Sequence record: NZ_CP084013.1
Direction: 5' to 3' (one strand)
DNA: 64,000 nt
From: a plasmid
In this document: positions 19,108 to 28,021 of the stretch, in pieces
Position numbering within the stretch: position 1 is the first letter of the stretch
Layout of the letters: each line of letters starts with the position of its first letter
Notes under the pieces: model-generated
What the model was told of the DNA's origin: nothing
The model's database searches: none
Seen by the model: the letters and a program-made list of their open reading frames with translations, nothing else
Translations under genes and position numbers: made by a program

Positions 19108-19953
19108 ATGGTCGACTCCAGAAAATCAGCACAGGCAAAACAGCAACGTCGAAACCGTGACGGCACTTATGCGGATGAAGGCAAAACTAGTAGCATGCCG
19201 AGCGGGGACATCCTTGAACGTTTCGAACAACGTCAGCAAACCAATACTGGTGATGCGCCGGTTGAAACCTATGAGGCAGGCGTGAAGCGTATGCAGGAGC
19301 TGGATCAGAGGCTTATCGACATTGCCAACAAGGAGTATGAGGAACGTAAGTTCGGCCCGGACGATGAAGCGTATCGCGTGGAGTCGGGCATGTATGTCAG
19401 CAAGGAGGAGTTCGAGAAGCTGCCGGAATTGGATCGCAACCGGTATATCGCATGGGGCAACGACTGCATGGATGACAACGAGGATGCGTGGAACGATCCT
19501 CAAAGAATGGAAGAGCTTGCCCGAGAGTCAGCGGAGGATGATGATGCCGAAGTGTATTTGACCGAACCGGAGCTGACTTACACGGATGACATGGATTATT
19601 CCTTCGGAGAGTATCTGGAATCCAAGGGTTGCAACCCACAGTCGGCGGAGGAAGGCGCCAACATGGCGCTCCAAGGCCATCCCAATCTGGAAGTGACCGG
19701 CAACACGTATCCGCAGGTGTGGCCAACCGACACTGGCAACAACCATCGACGTGCGAAACTCTTCTACCTAGGTGGCAGCAAAGGATGGCGAGTCACCTTC
19801 TCGGACGGTCGCGGCGACGTGAACAAAACCGTCATCGACTATAAGAAAAGCGACATGGGCAGCGACTACTACGATCAGACCAACACCGCACGAGAAGCGT
19901 TCAAGACCGCATTCGACTGGGTGGACGGCGGAAACAAAAAGAAGAAGCACTGA
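19108..19953 (+). CDS. Paralogous family member P4 (acidic variable C-terminus)
   Basis: MVDSRKSAQAKQQRRNRDGTYADEGKTSSMPSGDILERFEQRQ. Confidence 0.6.
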   Translation: MVDSRKSAQAKQQRRNRDGTYADEGKTSSMPSGDILERFEQRQQTNTGDAPVETYEAGVKRMQELDQRLIDIANKEYEERKFGPDDEAYRVESGMYVSKEEFEKLPELDRNRYIAWGNDCMDDNEDAWNDPQRMEELARESAEDDDAEVYLTEPELTYTDDMDYSFGEYLESKGCNPQSAEEGANMALQGHPNLEVTGNTYPQVWPTDTGNNHRRAKLFYLGGSKGWRVTFSDGRGDVNKTVIDYKKSDMGSDYYDQTNTAREAFKTAFDWVDGGNKKKKH

Positions 19954-20037
19954 CATTCATGGGTTCTTGACCCGTATTTCTTCCGAAAGAAGTCCACGCC
20001 AAGAACCCGGTCTGCCTTTGCCAATATCTTGGGGAAT

Positions 20038-20394
20038 ATGCCTGATATTTCCTTGAACTGCACGAGACTCGATTCGAACGTAATCGAAATCGAGTTTGAT
20101 GATGGTCTGCTGCATTACCGTTTGAATCTGTCTTCGAATGCTGCACATACGCTGCTTACGCTTATCGACAGCGTGCTTAAGGAACCATCCGCGAACAAAC
20201 TAGAGAGAATAGAAGACCTGCGATTCGATGTTTGGGACGATGGAGGAAATCGTTATGGCATCAGGGTATCAAACCACGGTGCAAGCATAACCGGCCGTGT
20301 ATCGGCAATCGAATTGGATACATTCGCGGACAAGCTGGAACAATTCGAATTCGGCGTACAGACGGGAGTCGGCCTCAGCAAGCCAGAAGAATAG
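20038..20394 (+). CDS. Hypothetical protein
   Basis: ATG inside ORF 20029..20394. Confidence 0.4.
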   Translation: MPDISLNCTRLDSNVIEIEFDDGLLHYRLNLSSNAAHTLLTLIDSVLKEPSANKLERIEDLRFDVWDDGGNRYGIRVSNHGASITGRVSAIELDTFADKLEQFEFGVQTGVGLSKPEE

Positions 20395-20456
20395 AACAAT
20401 GTGGCCAGTCTTCCTTGATCCCCCGTACAAGACAGATAGGCCACATTGCAATGCAA

Positions 20457-20900
20457 TCAGTCCTGATTTTTTTGAAGCCAATCGACTAGATCGGCAGCGG
20501 TCAGATCAGACAGCCTTCTATTGGTTCTCAATTGTCGCGCAACTTCATAGTCGTGAAGAAAATCGCTGATTTCGGACGTGGTCCAATCCTTGTTTCTCAA
20601 ATGTCGTTTCAATCGTTCCAAAGGCCAGTAAATGCGATGAGCCTCCAACATCAGCTCTTCAGCGTCTCTTCTATCTGTATCCCATTCAAAGACGAGAAGA
20701 TTGATTGCCTTCTGCCTGTCAATACCTAATTCAGCGAATACACGAGCAATATGCTTCCTTTCCTGTTTCCGTTCGAAAGCTAACGCCTGATTGACTTCCT
20801 CATTGACATTGTCTATTGCATTATCCTGGGCCGCATCTAATGCGACTGAACCTATTTGACTAATGGTGTCTACGATTAGATTTTTGTCTACCACTGTCAC
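20457..20900 (-). CDS. Hypothetical protein co-transcribed downstream of the Type IIG RM gene
   Basis: ATGA overlap with the RM gene stop. Lower GC than its surroundings. Confidence 0.45.
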   Translation of the reverse strand: MTVVDKNLIVDTISQIGSVALDAAQDNAIDNVNEEVNQALAFERKQERKHIARVFAELGIDRQKAINLLVFEWDTDRRDAEELMLEAHRIYWPLERLKRHLRNKDWTTSEISDFLHDYEVARQLRTNRRLSDLTAADLVDWLQKNQD

Positions 20901-23686
20901 ACCTCACTGCTACCTGTCATACGAGTGTATGACTTAAACAACACTTGCAGGCGCGTATCGTCATCGTCCTTCAGCCATTTCCCCGCGCCGAACGCCACGT
21001 CCGCGATCTTGTCCAGCTCCAGGTGGGCGGCGCGTAGGTCGGTCGGCATGTAGTCGGGGTCGTACAGGTCTGCCAAAGACTGGCCGGGATGGTTCGCTCG
21101 CGCCGCCAGCACGTTCCTGCCGGCCTCGATCAATGCGGCGCGGGTGTCGTCGTCGAGGGCGGGCAGAGGCAGGTTGTTCCAAACCACCGTGTTGCTGAAA
21201 CGGTAGTCTGATTTCAGTCGTCCGCCGACCGCCGCCTGCCAGACAATGAACATACGCGATTCGATGACCGCGAACGCCAGTCCGTCCGGATCGGGGCTGG
21301 TATAGCAAAGGTCGCTCACGATTACATTGGGTTCCAACGACAGGCAGGTGGCGTACTCACGACGGCCGCTGAATACTTTGGGAAGGCAGAGAAAGCGACC
21401 GGTAGGCTGGTGGTTCTCGTCGAACAGCCATGAGGTCGTGGCCTTCGCACGGGTAGGGGCCTTCTTCGAGGCGAGTCTCATCTCCCTGACGGCATCCACG
21501 CGTCGACGAAGGAATGCGGAGTTCCTGATTTCGGCGGGCTCCACATCGACAAGCCACAGGCACCAGCGTTCGATCCCGTTGATGAGTTCGCGCGACCCTC
21601 GGAACGGCCTCACGTATTTTGCCGCGATTGGGTCGGATATCGCTTGGTCGTGCTCCTCCCGATTGTCGAGGATGAGGTTGCCGCCGTCCGTGGGCTGGGA
21701 TCCGCGTCCGGCCGGAGACAGTTCCGAACTGAGCGGTTTCATTCTTTTCTCCACGAACACGTTCGGATCGTCGAGCAGGTATCCGTTGATGTTGTCCACG
21801 GTGCGGGCGGCTGGTTCCCCGTCAATGTCCGTGTATTCGAACAGGATCGGCGCCGGTTCCGACGTTTTGTCCATGCCGACGATGACGACATGCACGTGCG
21901 CGTTGTCGGTGGACTGGGCGTCCCAGGCGAACGTGCGGTGCGCGAACCGGATGCGCCATCCCTCGTCGAACAGGGGTCGGAACAGGCTGGGCACGGGCTG
22001 GCCCTGACTGATGCTGTTCGTGGACACGAACGCGAACGCCGCCCCCGGTTTGGCCAGGTATTCACTGGCCTTGCGATGCCAGCCTGTCGCGTAGTCGAGA
22101 TACCCGTCATAGCCTTTGTCCCATATAAGCCTCATGTCCTCTTTTTGACTGTCGCTCATGAGGTATTGTCCGATGAACGGCGGGTTGCCCATCACATAGT
22201 CGCAGTGGTCGCCGGGTAATAGTTCGTTCCAGTCGAGGCGCAGCGCGTTGCCTTGCCGGATGTGTGCCGTATCGGTGAACGGGAGTCGGGGCAGGCCGCT
22301 GATGGTCGACTCGGTGTCGTCCAACGCCTGCTGTTCCGCGATCCAGAGCGCGGTTCTTGCTACGGCGCATGCGAATCCGTTGATTTCGATGCCATGGAAG
22401 TGGCTGATGCTGACTTTGACCGGGTTGATGTCGTCGCCGAGGTCGAGGGCGAGTTGTCCGTCCTTGTCCAAATCGGCGAGGATCCGATTCTCGATGCGGC
22501 GCAATTCCAGATACGTTTCGGTCAGGAAGTTGCCGGAACCGCAGGCGGGGTCGAGGAACCGGAGGCCGGCGATTTTGTCATGCAACTTGTTGAGCGCGTT
22601 GGTGCGGGAACCGCCTGCGACCGGCCTGGCCTCCGCCCCCTCGAGTTCGGCTTTCAAACCGTCGAGGAACAACGGGTCGATGAGCCTGTGGATGTTCTTG
22701 ACGGACGTGTAGTGCATGCCGCCTTTGCGTCGTTCGTCATGGCTGAGGGTTTCCTCCATGAGGGAACCGAAGATGACGGGGCTGATGCCGCTCCAGTCGA
22801 AGCCTTCGCTGATTTCCAGCAGAGCGTCACGCAGTTCCTCGGTTAAAGGTGGTACGTCGATTTGGTCGGCGAACAGGCCACCGTCCACGTAGGGGAACGC
22901 TTTCAACGGTTCCGGCAGGTAACGACGCCGCTTCTCGATTGGTGTGTCCAACGCTTCGAACAGGTCGTACAGGTCTTCGCCCAGACGTTCGGGCGTGGAT
23001 GCCGCCACATAGTCGCGGAGCGCGTCCGGTTTGAACAGGTTCGCGTCCTCCGCATACAGACAGAACACGAGGCGCACGGTCAGCATCGCCAGCGCGTCAT
23101 GTTCAGACGGGTCATCGGGATGTTCGAAGCATTTCGCCAGGGAATCATGCAGTCTGGCGACTCGTTGGCCTGCTTTGACGGACAGTTTCTCCTGTTGGAC
23201 GACACGGGAGTTCTCGTGCGCGAACAGACGGCCAATCTCGTTGATATGCTCCGGCAGTTCCGCAAGCGTGAACTCCGATTGCGGCGTACGGGCCAAAGGG
23301 TCGGCTTCCAGATCGTAGAGGCGGAACAATCCGAAATTGCAGGTGATGAGCACGGACGGGTGTTCCGATGGCGGCAGGCTGTCGGAATACCGTTTCGCCT
23401 GTTCCACCGGGGTGACCATGGTTCCCTGACGTGGTTCCGGCTTGTCCAAATCCACGCCGAGGCTCTTCTGCTCGACGAGCACACGGGCTTGGATCATCAG
23501 CGCGTCGATGAACCCGTCCAATGCGGTGCGCCGTTCGAACCAGAGCGTCTGCCTGTCGCTCGTGTTCGGGATGAGCAGCACCTTGTCCAACAGGTCACGC
23601 CAGTACTGTTGGGTCTCGGATTTCTCGTCGCCTCGTCCCGCCCATGATTCGGCGAACCTGGCCGCCCTGCTCTTCAGATCATCCAT
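20897..23686 (-). CDS. Type IIG restriction-modification enzyme, MmeI family (endonuclease plus N6-adenine methyltransferase plus specificity domain in one polypeptide)
   Basis: FLDPACGSGNFL (motif I). GNPPFIG (motif IV, NPPF). N-terminal D...EQK nuclease motif. Multiple blocks recall MmeI (FPYVDGGLF, ISPVIFGSL, HYTS, RWCLWL, AHLELDK). The start was chosen at MDDLKSRAARF. The ORF is open to 23977. Confidence 0.75.
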   Translation of the reverse strand: MDDLKSRAARFAESWAGRGDEKSETQQYWRDLLDKVLLIPNTSDRQTLWFERRTALDGFIDALMIQARVLVEQKSLGVDLDKPEPRQGTMVTPVEQAKRYSDSLPPSEHPSVLITCNFGLFRLYDLEADPLARTPQSEFTLAELPEHINEIGRLFAHENSRVVQQEKLSVKAGQRVARLHDSLAKCFEHPDDPSEHDALAMLTVRLVFCLYAEDANLFKPDALRDYVAASTPERLGEDLYDLFEALDTPIEKRRRYLPEPLKAFPYVDGGLFADQIDVPPLTEELRDALLEISEGFDWSGISPVIFGSLMEETLSHDERRKGGMHYTSVKNIHRLIDPLFLDGLKAELEGAEARPVAGGSRTNALNKLHDKIAGLRFLDPACGSGNFLTETYLELRRIENRILADLDKDGQLALDLGDDINPVKVSISHFHGIEINGFACAVARTALWIAEQQALDDTESTISGLPRLPFTDTAHIRQGNALRLDWNELLPGDHCDYVMGNPPFIGQYLMSDSQKEDMRLIWDKGYDGYLDYATGWHRKASEYLAKPGAAFAFVSTNSISQGQPVPSLFRPLFDEGWRIRFAHRTFAWDAQSTDNAHVHVVIVGMDKTSEPAPILFEYTDIDGEPAARTVDNINGYLLDDPNVFVEKRMKPLSSELSPAGRGSQPTDGGNLILDNREEHDQAISDPIAAKYVRPFRGSRELINGIERWCLWLVDVEPAEIRNSAFLRRRVDAVREMRLASKKAPTRAKATTSWLFDENHQPTGRFLCLPKVFSGRREYATCLSLEPNVIVSDLCYTSPDPDGLAFAVIESRMFIVWQAAVGGRLKSDYRFSNTVVWNNLPLPALDDDTRAALIEAGRNVLAARANHPGQSLADLYDPDYMPTDLRAAHLELDKIADVAFGAGKWLKDDDDTRLQVLFKSYTRMTGSSEV

Positions 23687-23711
23687 GATTCCCAATGGTA
23701 TCCGGTTTCCC

Positions 23712-24302
23712 TCATGCCGGTCGGATATCGACCACATCATGCGGCGTGATCGTCCATAGGCAGGCCTGGATCCACCGGTCCGGCAGCCGTTTCGGATCCG
23801 CGATCGCGTTCGCCCTGTACTGGAGCCGTTTCTTTTCGGCCAGATCGTCCCAATGCTCGTCCAGCCACCGGTCGTACTCCTCAGGCGGCCATGTGCCGGC
23901 ATCCAGCGGGGCGCACGGACACCGGTTGATGACGCAATGGTATTGGTCGAAATCCGTGCAAAGCACCCGGTTCTCATCGACCCGCAGATGCAGGAGCTCC
24001 AACCCGTCGTACTGGTTGCGGAAGCCCGGATACCGTCGGTCGGGACGCGTATGCGCCCTGCCTTTCGAATCGACCCAGCGCGCCCACGCCCACAAGGGGG
24101 CCGCGTCCGGGTCCGGACGCGGCATGCCCTTGTGCTCCATTTCGCCCATCATCCACTCATAGGCGGGGCTGATGCCGTCCCACCAGTCCGAATCCCCGTC
24201 CTCGGCAATGGATTTCGCGCGCGCGGCGCTCCATGATGGAGTGTACGAACCGGAACGGTCGAACGCGGCCCTGACATCCGGCCACCGCTGGAACGAATAC
24301 AA
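23712..24302 (-). CDS. Hypothetical protein (Trp-rich) upstream of the RM gene
   Basis: Same-strand ORF directly upstream. Confidence 0.4.
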   Translation of the reverse strand: MYSFQRWPDVRAAFDRSGSYTPSWSAARAKSIAEDGDSDWWDGISPAYEWMMGEMEHKGMPRPDPDAAPLWAWARWVDSKGRAHTRPDRRYPGFRNQYDGLELLHLRVDENRVLCTDFDQYHCVINRCPCAPLDAGTWPPEEYDRWLDEHWDDLAEKKRLQYRANAIADPKRLPDRWIQACLWTITPHDVVDIRPA

Positions 24303-24326
24303 ATCGATCAGAAAAACCTCCTTTAG

Positions 24327-24674
24327 TCAGCATTCCCACTTGACGCGGCGACGGTACAGCCGGGGATCATCCCAATCGTCGTCCATGAGGCCGGTGTTCG
24401 CCCCGCGCACGGCGATGCGGCAACGATCGCGAACCGTATGGCGGCCCACGTAATCCGGATACCAGTCATCCTCGTAGTCATGCCAGCCGTGCCAGCGATG
24501 CCCGGATGGGATGTGCTCTTTCCGTCCCCGCGAGTACGAGTATGCAGCCACATCTCCTTCGACGGTTGGCGGTTCGGTCGGGTGCATCCAGTTGTGTCGC
24601 AGGTACGTGTAGCCGTGTTCCAGCGCCTCGCGTTTGAGCACGCGGTACGGCTTGTCTTTGAACGTGCGGGACAT
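24327..24674 (-). CDS. Hypothetical protein (115 aa)
   Basis: Internal ATG (MSRTFKDKPYRV...). Confidence 0.35.
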   Translation of the reverse strand: MSRTFKDKPYRVLKREALEHGYTYLRHNWMHPTEPPTVEGDVAAYSYSRGRKEHIPSGHRWHGWHDYEDDWYPDYVGRHTVRDRCRIAVRGANTGLMDDDWDDPRLYRRRVKWEC

Positions 24675-24807
24675 TCGTTTTTCCCTTCCACTAGGTTTTA
24701 GTCCGCCTAATAGAAGTCGTGGGGTTGCAACATCGCTTTTCCTTTCCGATAGCCAACTATACAAAGAACAAACGAATAGTCTTTGATGCGTATCCAATGT
24801 ATTGATA

Positions 24808-24828
24808 TGTACGTCAAGTTGACGTACA
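24808..24828. promoter_or_regulatory. Perfect 21-bp palindrome upstream of the TacAT-like operon (operator candidate)
   Basis: TGTACGTCAAGTTGACGTACA lies 10 bp upstream of the antitoxin ATG. Confidence 0.5.
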
Positions 24829-24837
24829 ATATACGGT

Positions 24838-25116
24838 ATGACAAGCACTATTACGGAACCGGCACGCAGCTCACGCCTCAACATGCGCCTCACGCCAGAA
24901 CAGCGCCAAACCATAGATATAGCGGCCTCTCTCAAAGGCTCCTCCATAACTCAATGGGCCATCGACCATCTCGTCACCGACGCACGCCGGGATATCGAAG
25001 AGGAGACCGTCACCCGTCTACCCTCCAAGGCATTCGACGAATTTCTCAAGGCGCTTGACAGACCCATGCCGAAGGCCGCGAAGGATCTCATCGAAATGGA
25101 ACCCGACTGGATATGA
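24838..25116 (+). CDS. DUF1778/TacA-like ribbon-helix-helix antitoxin
   Basis: RLNMRLTPEQRQTIDIAASLKGSSITQWAI. It is coupled to a GNAT gene through an ATGA overlap. Confidence 0.65.
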   Translation: MTSTITEPARSSRLNMRLTPEQRQTIDIAASLKGSSITQWAIDHLVTDARRDIEEETVTRLPSKAFDEFLKALDRPMPKAAKDLIEMEPDWI

Positions 25117-25604
25117 GATTCACCACACCACGGCGCATAGAGTCCTCCGACATGCTCGATGGCTTTGACTGCGGCATTACGCTCATTGATGAATGGCTGT
25201 CCACGAGATCCCGTTCTGCCGAAAAACAGGGAACGGCCGTCGCGTACGTCACCTACGCCGAATCAGGGGAACTCGCCGGATTCTACTCTCTCAGCGCACA
25301 CGCGATGGAACGCTCCAATATCGCCGGTGGATGGCTACAGAGGAACGTTCCAGAGCGAGTGCCCATGATACTGCTCGGTATGCTCGGCGTGGACAGACGT
25401 TTCCAAGGCGAAGGCCTCGGCAGGAAACTGTTGCACGATGCGGTCATACGTTCCTTGAACATCAGCTCCGAACTCGGGGCGAGGGCCCTCATAGTGGATC
25501 CCGTGGATTCAGCCGCAGCTAGATTCTACGAGAACAACGGTTTCCAGCACATTCCGGAATCAGAACGAATGTTCCTCAAACTCGCGGGCAAGCATCTCGT
25601 CTAG
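25113..25604 (+). CDS. GNAT-family acetyltransferase toxin (TacT-like)
   Basis: FDCGITLIDEWL. The acetyl-CoA motif is RFQGEGLGRKLL. It is paired with a DUF1778-like antitoxin. Confidence 0.65.
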   Translation: MRFTTPRRIESSDMLDGFDCGITLIDEWLSTRSRSAEKQGTAVAYVTYAESGELAGFYSLSAHAMERSNIAGGWLQRNVPERVPMILLGMLGVDRRFQGEGLGRKLLHDAVIRSLNISSELGARALIVDPVDSAAARFYENNGFQHIPESERMFLKLAGKHLV

Positions 25605-26255
25605 CATTCTTGGCTTCCTCCATCCAGCAGATCGCGCAGCACCCACAGGGCGAACCGGGCGCCGTTCAGCGCATCCTCGGGAAGGCCGCACGGATATGAG
25701 ACCTCGACCCCCGCATGCACGTTCCCGTCCGCATCCACGCCATCCAGCATGGTGACGGCCAGGGTCAGGCATCGCAATCCGCGTTCGGGCGTCGCGTCCC
25801 CGCGGACGAGCAGCCAGACTGGCGGCATCGCCATCGGCTTGCCGGGATCGAACGAACGCGCCTCGTCGGCGACGATACCCGGTCCGAACGGTTCCCGCAG
25901 TTCCAGCCCGTACGTGATGTTCCCGGCACGATATTCGAGCTTGATGCGGGCCGTCGTGCCGGACGGTTCGGATGTTTCGGATTCGACGGCGTACAGCCGG
26001 TAGCGGATGGAATCAAGCATTATCCCCATGGTAGTCCGGGTGCGCGGTTCCTGTTCTCGTGGGGGCCGTCGCGTGCCGTCCGCGTTGAACTGGGCGAGCT
26101 GCCCGATCGCATTGCCCGTGTTCTGCAACGCGCCATTGAGTAGACGCACACGCTCCCCCCATATCGTTGGTCTCCAACGCGAGACGCAGCTGGCCGATGG
26201 CCGCGTTCACCTGATTGCGGTACGTGTAGTTATTGTTCTCGGATGGCGCCGTCAT
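25601..26255 (-). pseudogene. Hypothetical gene split by a frameshift at a C6/G6 homopolymer (26154-26159). This may be a pseudogene, a phase-variable gene or a sequencing error.
   Basis: ORFs 26013..26255 and 25601..26149 are offset by +1. Both halves contain the repeated peptide NA(A)IGQL(..)L, which indicates a single ancestral gene. Confidence 0.45.
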
Positions 26256-26295
26256 GCCATCCGCCTTCCTTTCGTCCTTAGAACTGATATGCGTT

Positions 26296-26865
26296 TCAGC
26301 GAATCAGCTCCAGAAGCCCTCGGTTCTCGTTCCTGCCGAACCGGTGCAGTCTTGAATATTCCTTGAGCGCGTGTTCGAGCCGGCCGGGCTCAGCCCAGTA
26401 TCGTTCCAGCCATGCGCGGCTTTTCACCTGCTTCATGCCCAGTTCTCTTTTGCAATAGTCGGAGGGCTTCAGCCGTTTGGAGCCGTTCGTGTATTTGCCG
26501 TACATGCCCTCGTTGATGATGACCAGCATTTCGATTTCGGGATGGGTTCGCAGGTTCACGACCTCGGCCGCATGCTCGTAGCCTCGAGGTATGCGCAGTA
26601 CATCCGAGTCCGAGTCGACTATACGTATGATCAGCAGCGGGTGTTTGCCGTATGACATGTTGAGGAACCGGTCGAGCATCCGCTTCGATTCCTTGCGGGT
26701 GAAATACCATGTGCCTCGCAGCTGATTAGGCACGATAAGCTCGTTCGGCACGGTCAGTTCGCCGCGTTCGATAAGGGTCGTGAGTATGTACTGTTCGGCC
26801 ACGCCCTCGCAGACGAACAGCACATACTGGCCTTCCGCATTAAGCATGCACGTACCTTTCCGCAT
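26296..26865 (-). CDS. TOPRIM/DUF4435-like nuclease (AriB/OLD-family-like partner of the ABC ATPase)
   Basis: N-terminal VLFVCEGVAE (TOPRIM Glu). IRIVDSDSD (DxD). It overlaps the upstream ATPase gene. Confidence 0.45.
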   Translation of the reverse strand: MRKGTCMLNAEGQYVLFVCEGVAEQYILTTLIERGELTVPNELIVPNQLRGTWYFTRKESKRMLDRFLNMSYGKHPLLIIRIVDSDSDVLRIPRGYEHAAEVVNLRTHPEIEMLVIINEGMYGKYTNGSKRLKPSDYCKRELGMKQVKSRAWLERYWAEPGRLEHALKEYSRLHRFGRNENRGLLELIR

Positions 26866-28021
26866 AATCCTGGAGGGCGCGGACGGCCGCGTATGAGGGC
26901 GCGGTACCGGGTACCCGGTTGGCGAAGAAGGAAACGCTCTTCTTCAAATCGGTGCGGCCCAGATATGCGCCCAGATTCCGGAGGGCGAAGCCTTTTCCAT
27001 CGCGGACGGCGAACCATATCGAATCCTTGCGGGTGAAATGATCCAGCAGCTCCGGATAGTGGGTGGAGAACAGGAGCGTGGCCCCATGCGGGTTCGTGAC
27101 CGGGGAGGCGAACAGGTCCATGATGGCGAATACGAGCTGCTTGTTGATGCTGTTCTCCAGTTCGTCCACAATCAGATAGCCACCCGCGCGCAGTGTCTCC
27201 AATGCTCGGCCGACCAGTGCGCCGCCTCTCAGGGTACCGGATGAGACCATGTTGACCAGCGAGTTCGGGGTGACCTCCCGCTCCTTGCCCTCATTGCGGA
27301 ATTTCAGATGGATTCCGTCCTTGTCGTAGTCGAGACGTTCGATGCTGGCATCGAACAGCGTCACGACGGGGCGGGCCGGGCTGACGGTGAGCGTCGGGGA
27401 CACCGGCAGCAGTTCGGTCGCGATGTCGGTGTCCTTGACGAAGGCCCCGCAAATACTCCGGTCGGGCGGCAGATACCGTTTCGCGTCGGCGGACAGTTCG
27501 CCCCGGACGCCGGGCCTGCCCACGTTGCGGGATGAGAGCACGGTCCACCGTTCCGGATCCAACGTGCCGTTCATGGCGGAGGCAAGCATTTTCTTGCTGA
27601 GCTTGCCATGGTGGATGCTCAGGGTCTCACGGATGAACCTCAACGGCGTGCGACCCTCGCCTGTCCGCTCGAGCAGGCTGTCGATGAGATGGAAGCGACC
27701 GTCCTGTTCGAACAGCGCGCGCACCCCGATCCGGTCGTCCATGGTGTCGTACAAAGGGAACAGGTCGGGGTTCAACGATCCCAGCGACATGCCGCCGGCG
27801 ACGGCGAGGGCGAGTTCGGTGACCCTCAACGCGGTGGTCTTGCCGGAGGCGTTGATGCCGGCGACGCCGATGGCCGTGTTGATGCTGATGTTGCGTGCGG
27901 CGCCGTCGAGCATGTGCGTGTATCCGGGTTCCCTTACGGCGTCGATGGCGTACAGGTCCATCCTGCATTCATGGTTTTCGTATAGGCGCAGGCCGCTGAT
28001 GGCGTAGCTCAACAACCTCAT
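26840..28021 (-). CDS. ABC-type ATPase (AAA_21/OLD-family-like; AriA-like)
   Basis: Walker A GINASGKTT. ABC-signature-like SSGTLRGG. Walker B YLIVDELENS. H-loop LLFSTHYPE. Start at ATG 28021 with RBS GGGAGAAAG. Confidence 0.6.
   Translation of the reverse strand: MRLLSYAISGLRLYENHECRMDLYAIDAVREPGYTHMLDGAARNISINTAIGVAGINASGKTTALRVTELALAVAGGMSLGSLNPDLFPLYDTMDDRIGVRALFEQDGRFHLIDSLLERTGEGRTPLRFIRETLSIHHGKLSKKMLASAMNGTLDPERWTVLSSRNVGRPGVRGELSADAKRYLPPDRSICGAFVKDTDIATELLPVSPTLTVSPARPVVTLFDASIERLDYDKDGIHLKFRNEGKEREVTPNSLVNMVSSGTLRGGALVGRALETLRAGGYLIVDELENSINKQLVFAIMDLFASPVTNPHGATLLFSTHYPELLDHFTRKDSIWFAVRDGKGFALRNLGAYLGRTDLKKSVSFFANRVPGTAPSYAAVRALQDYAERYVHA

Noticed and set aside
23686-23977. N-terminal 97 codons of the track ORF for the RM enzyme
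   Set aside because: The translation there is low-complexity (RTGG/RSR) and unlike the MmeI-family N-terminus, which begins at MDDLKSRAARF. I treat it as 5' read-through. The start assignment remains tentative.
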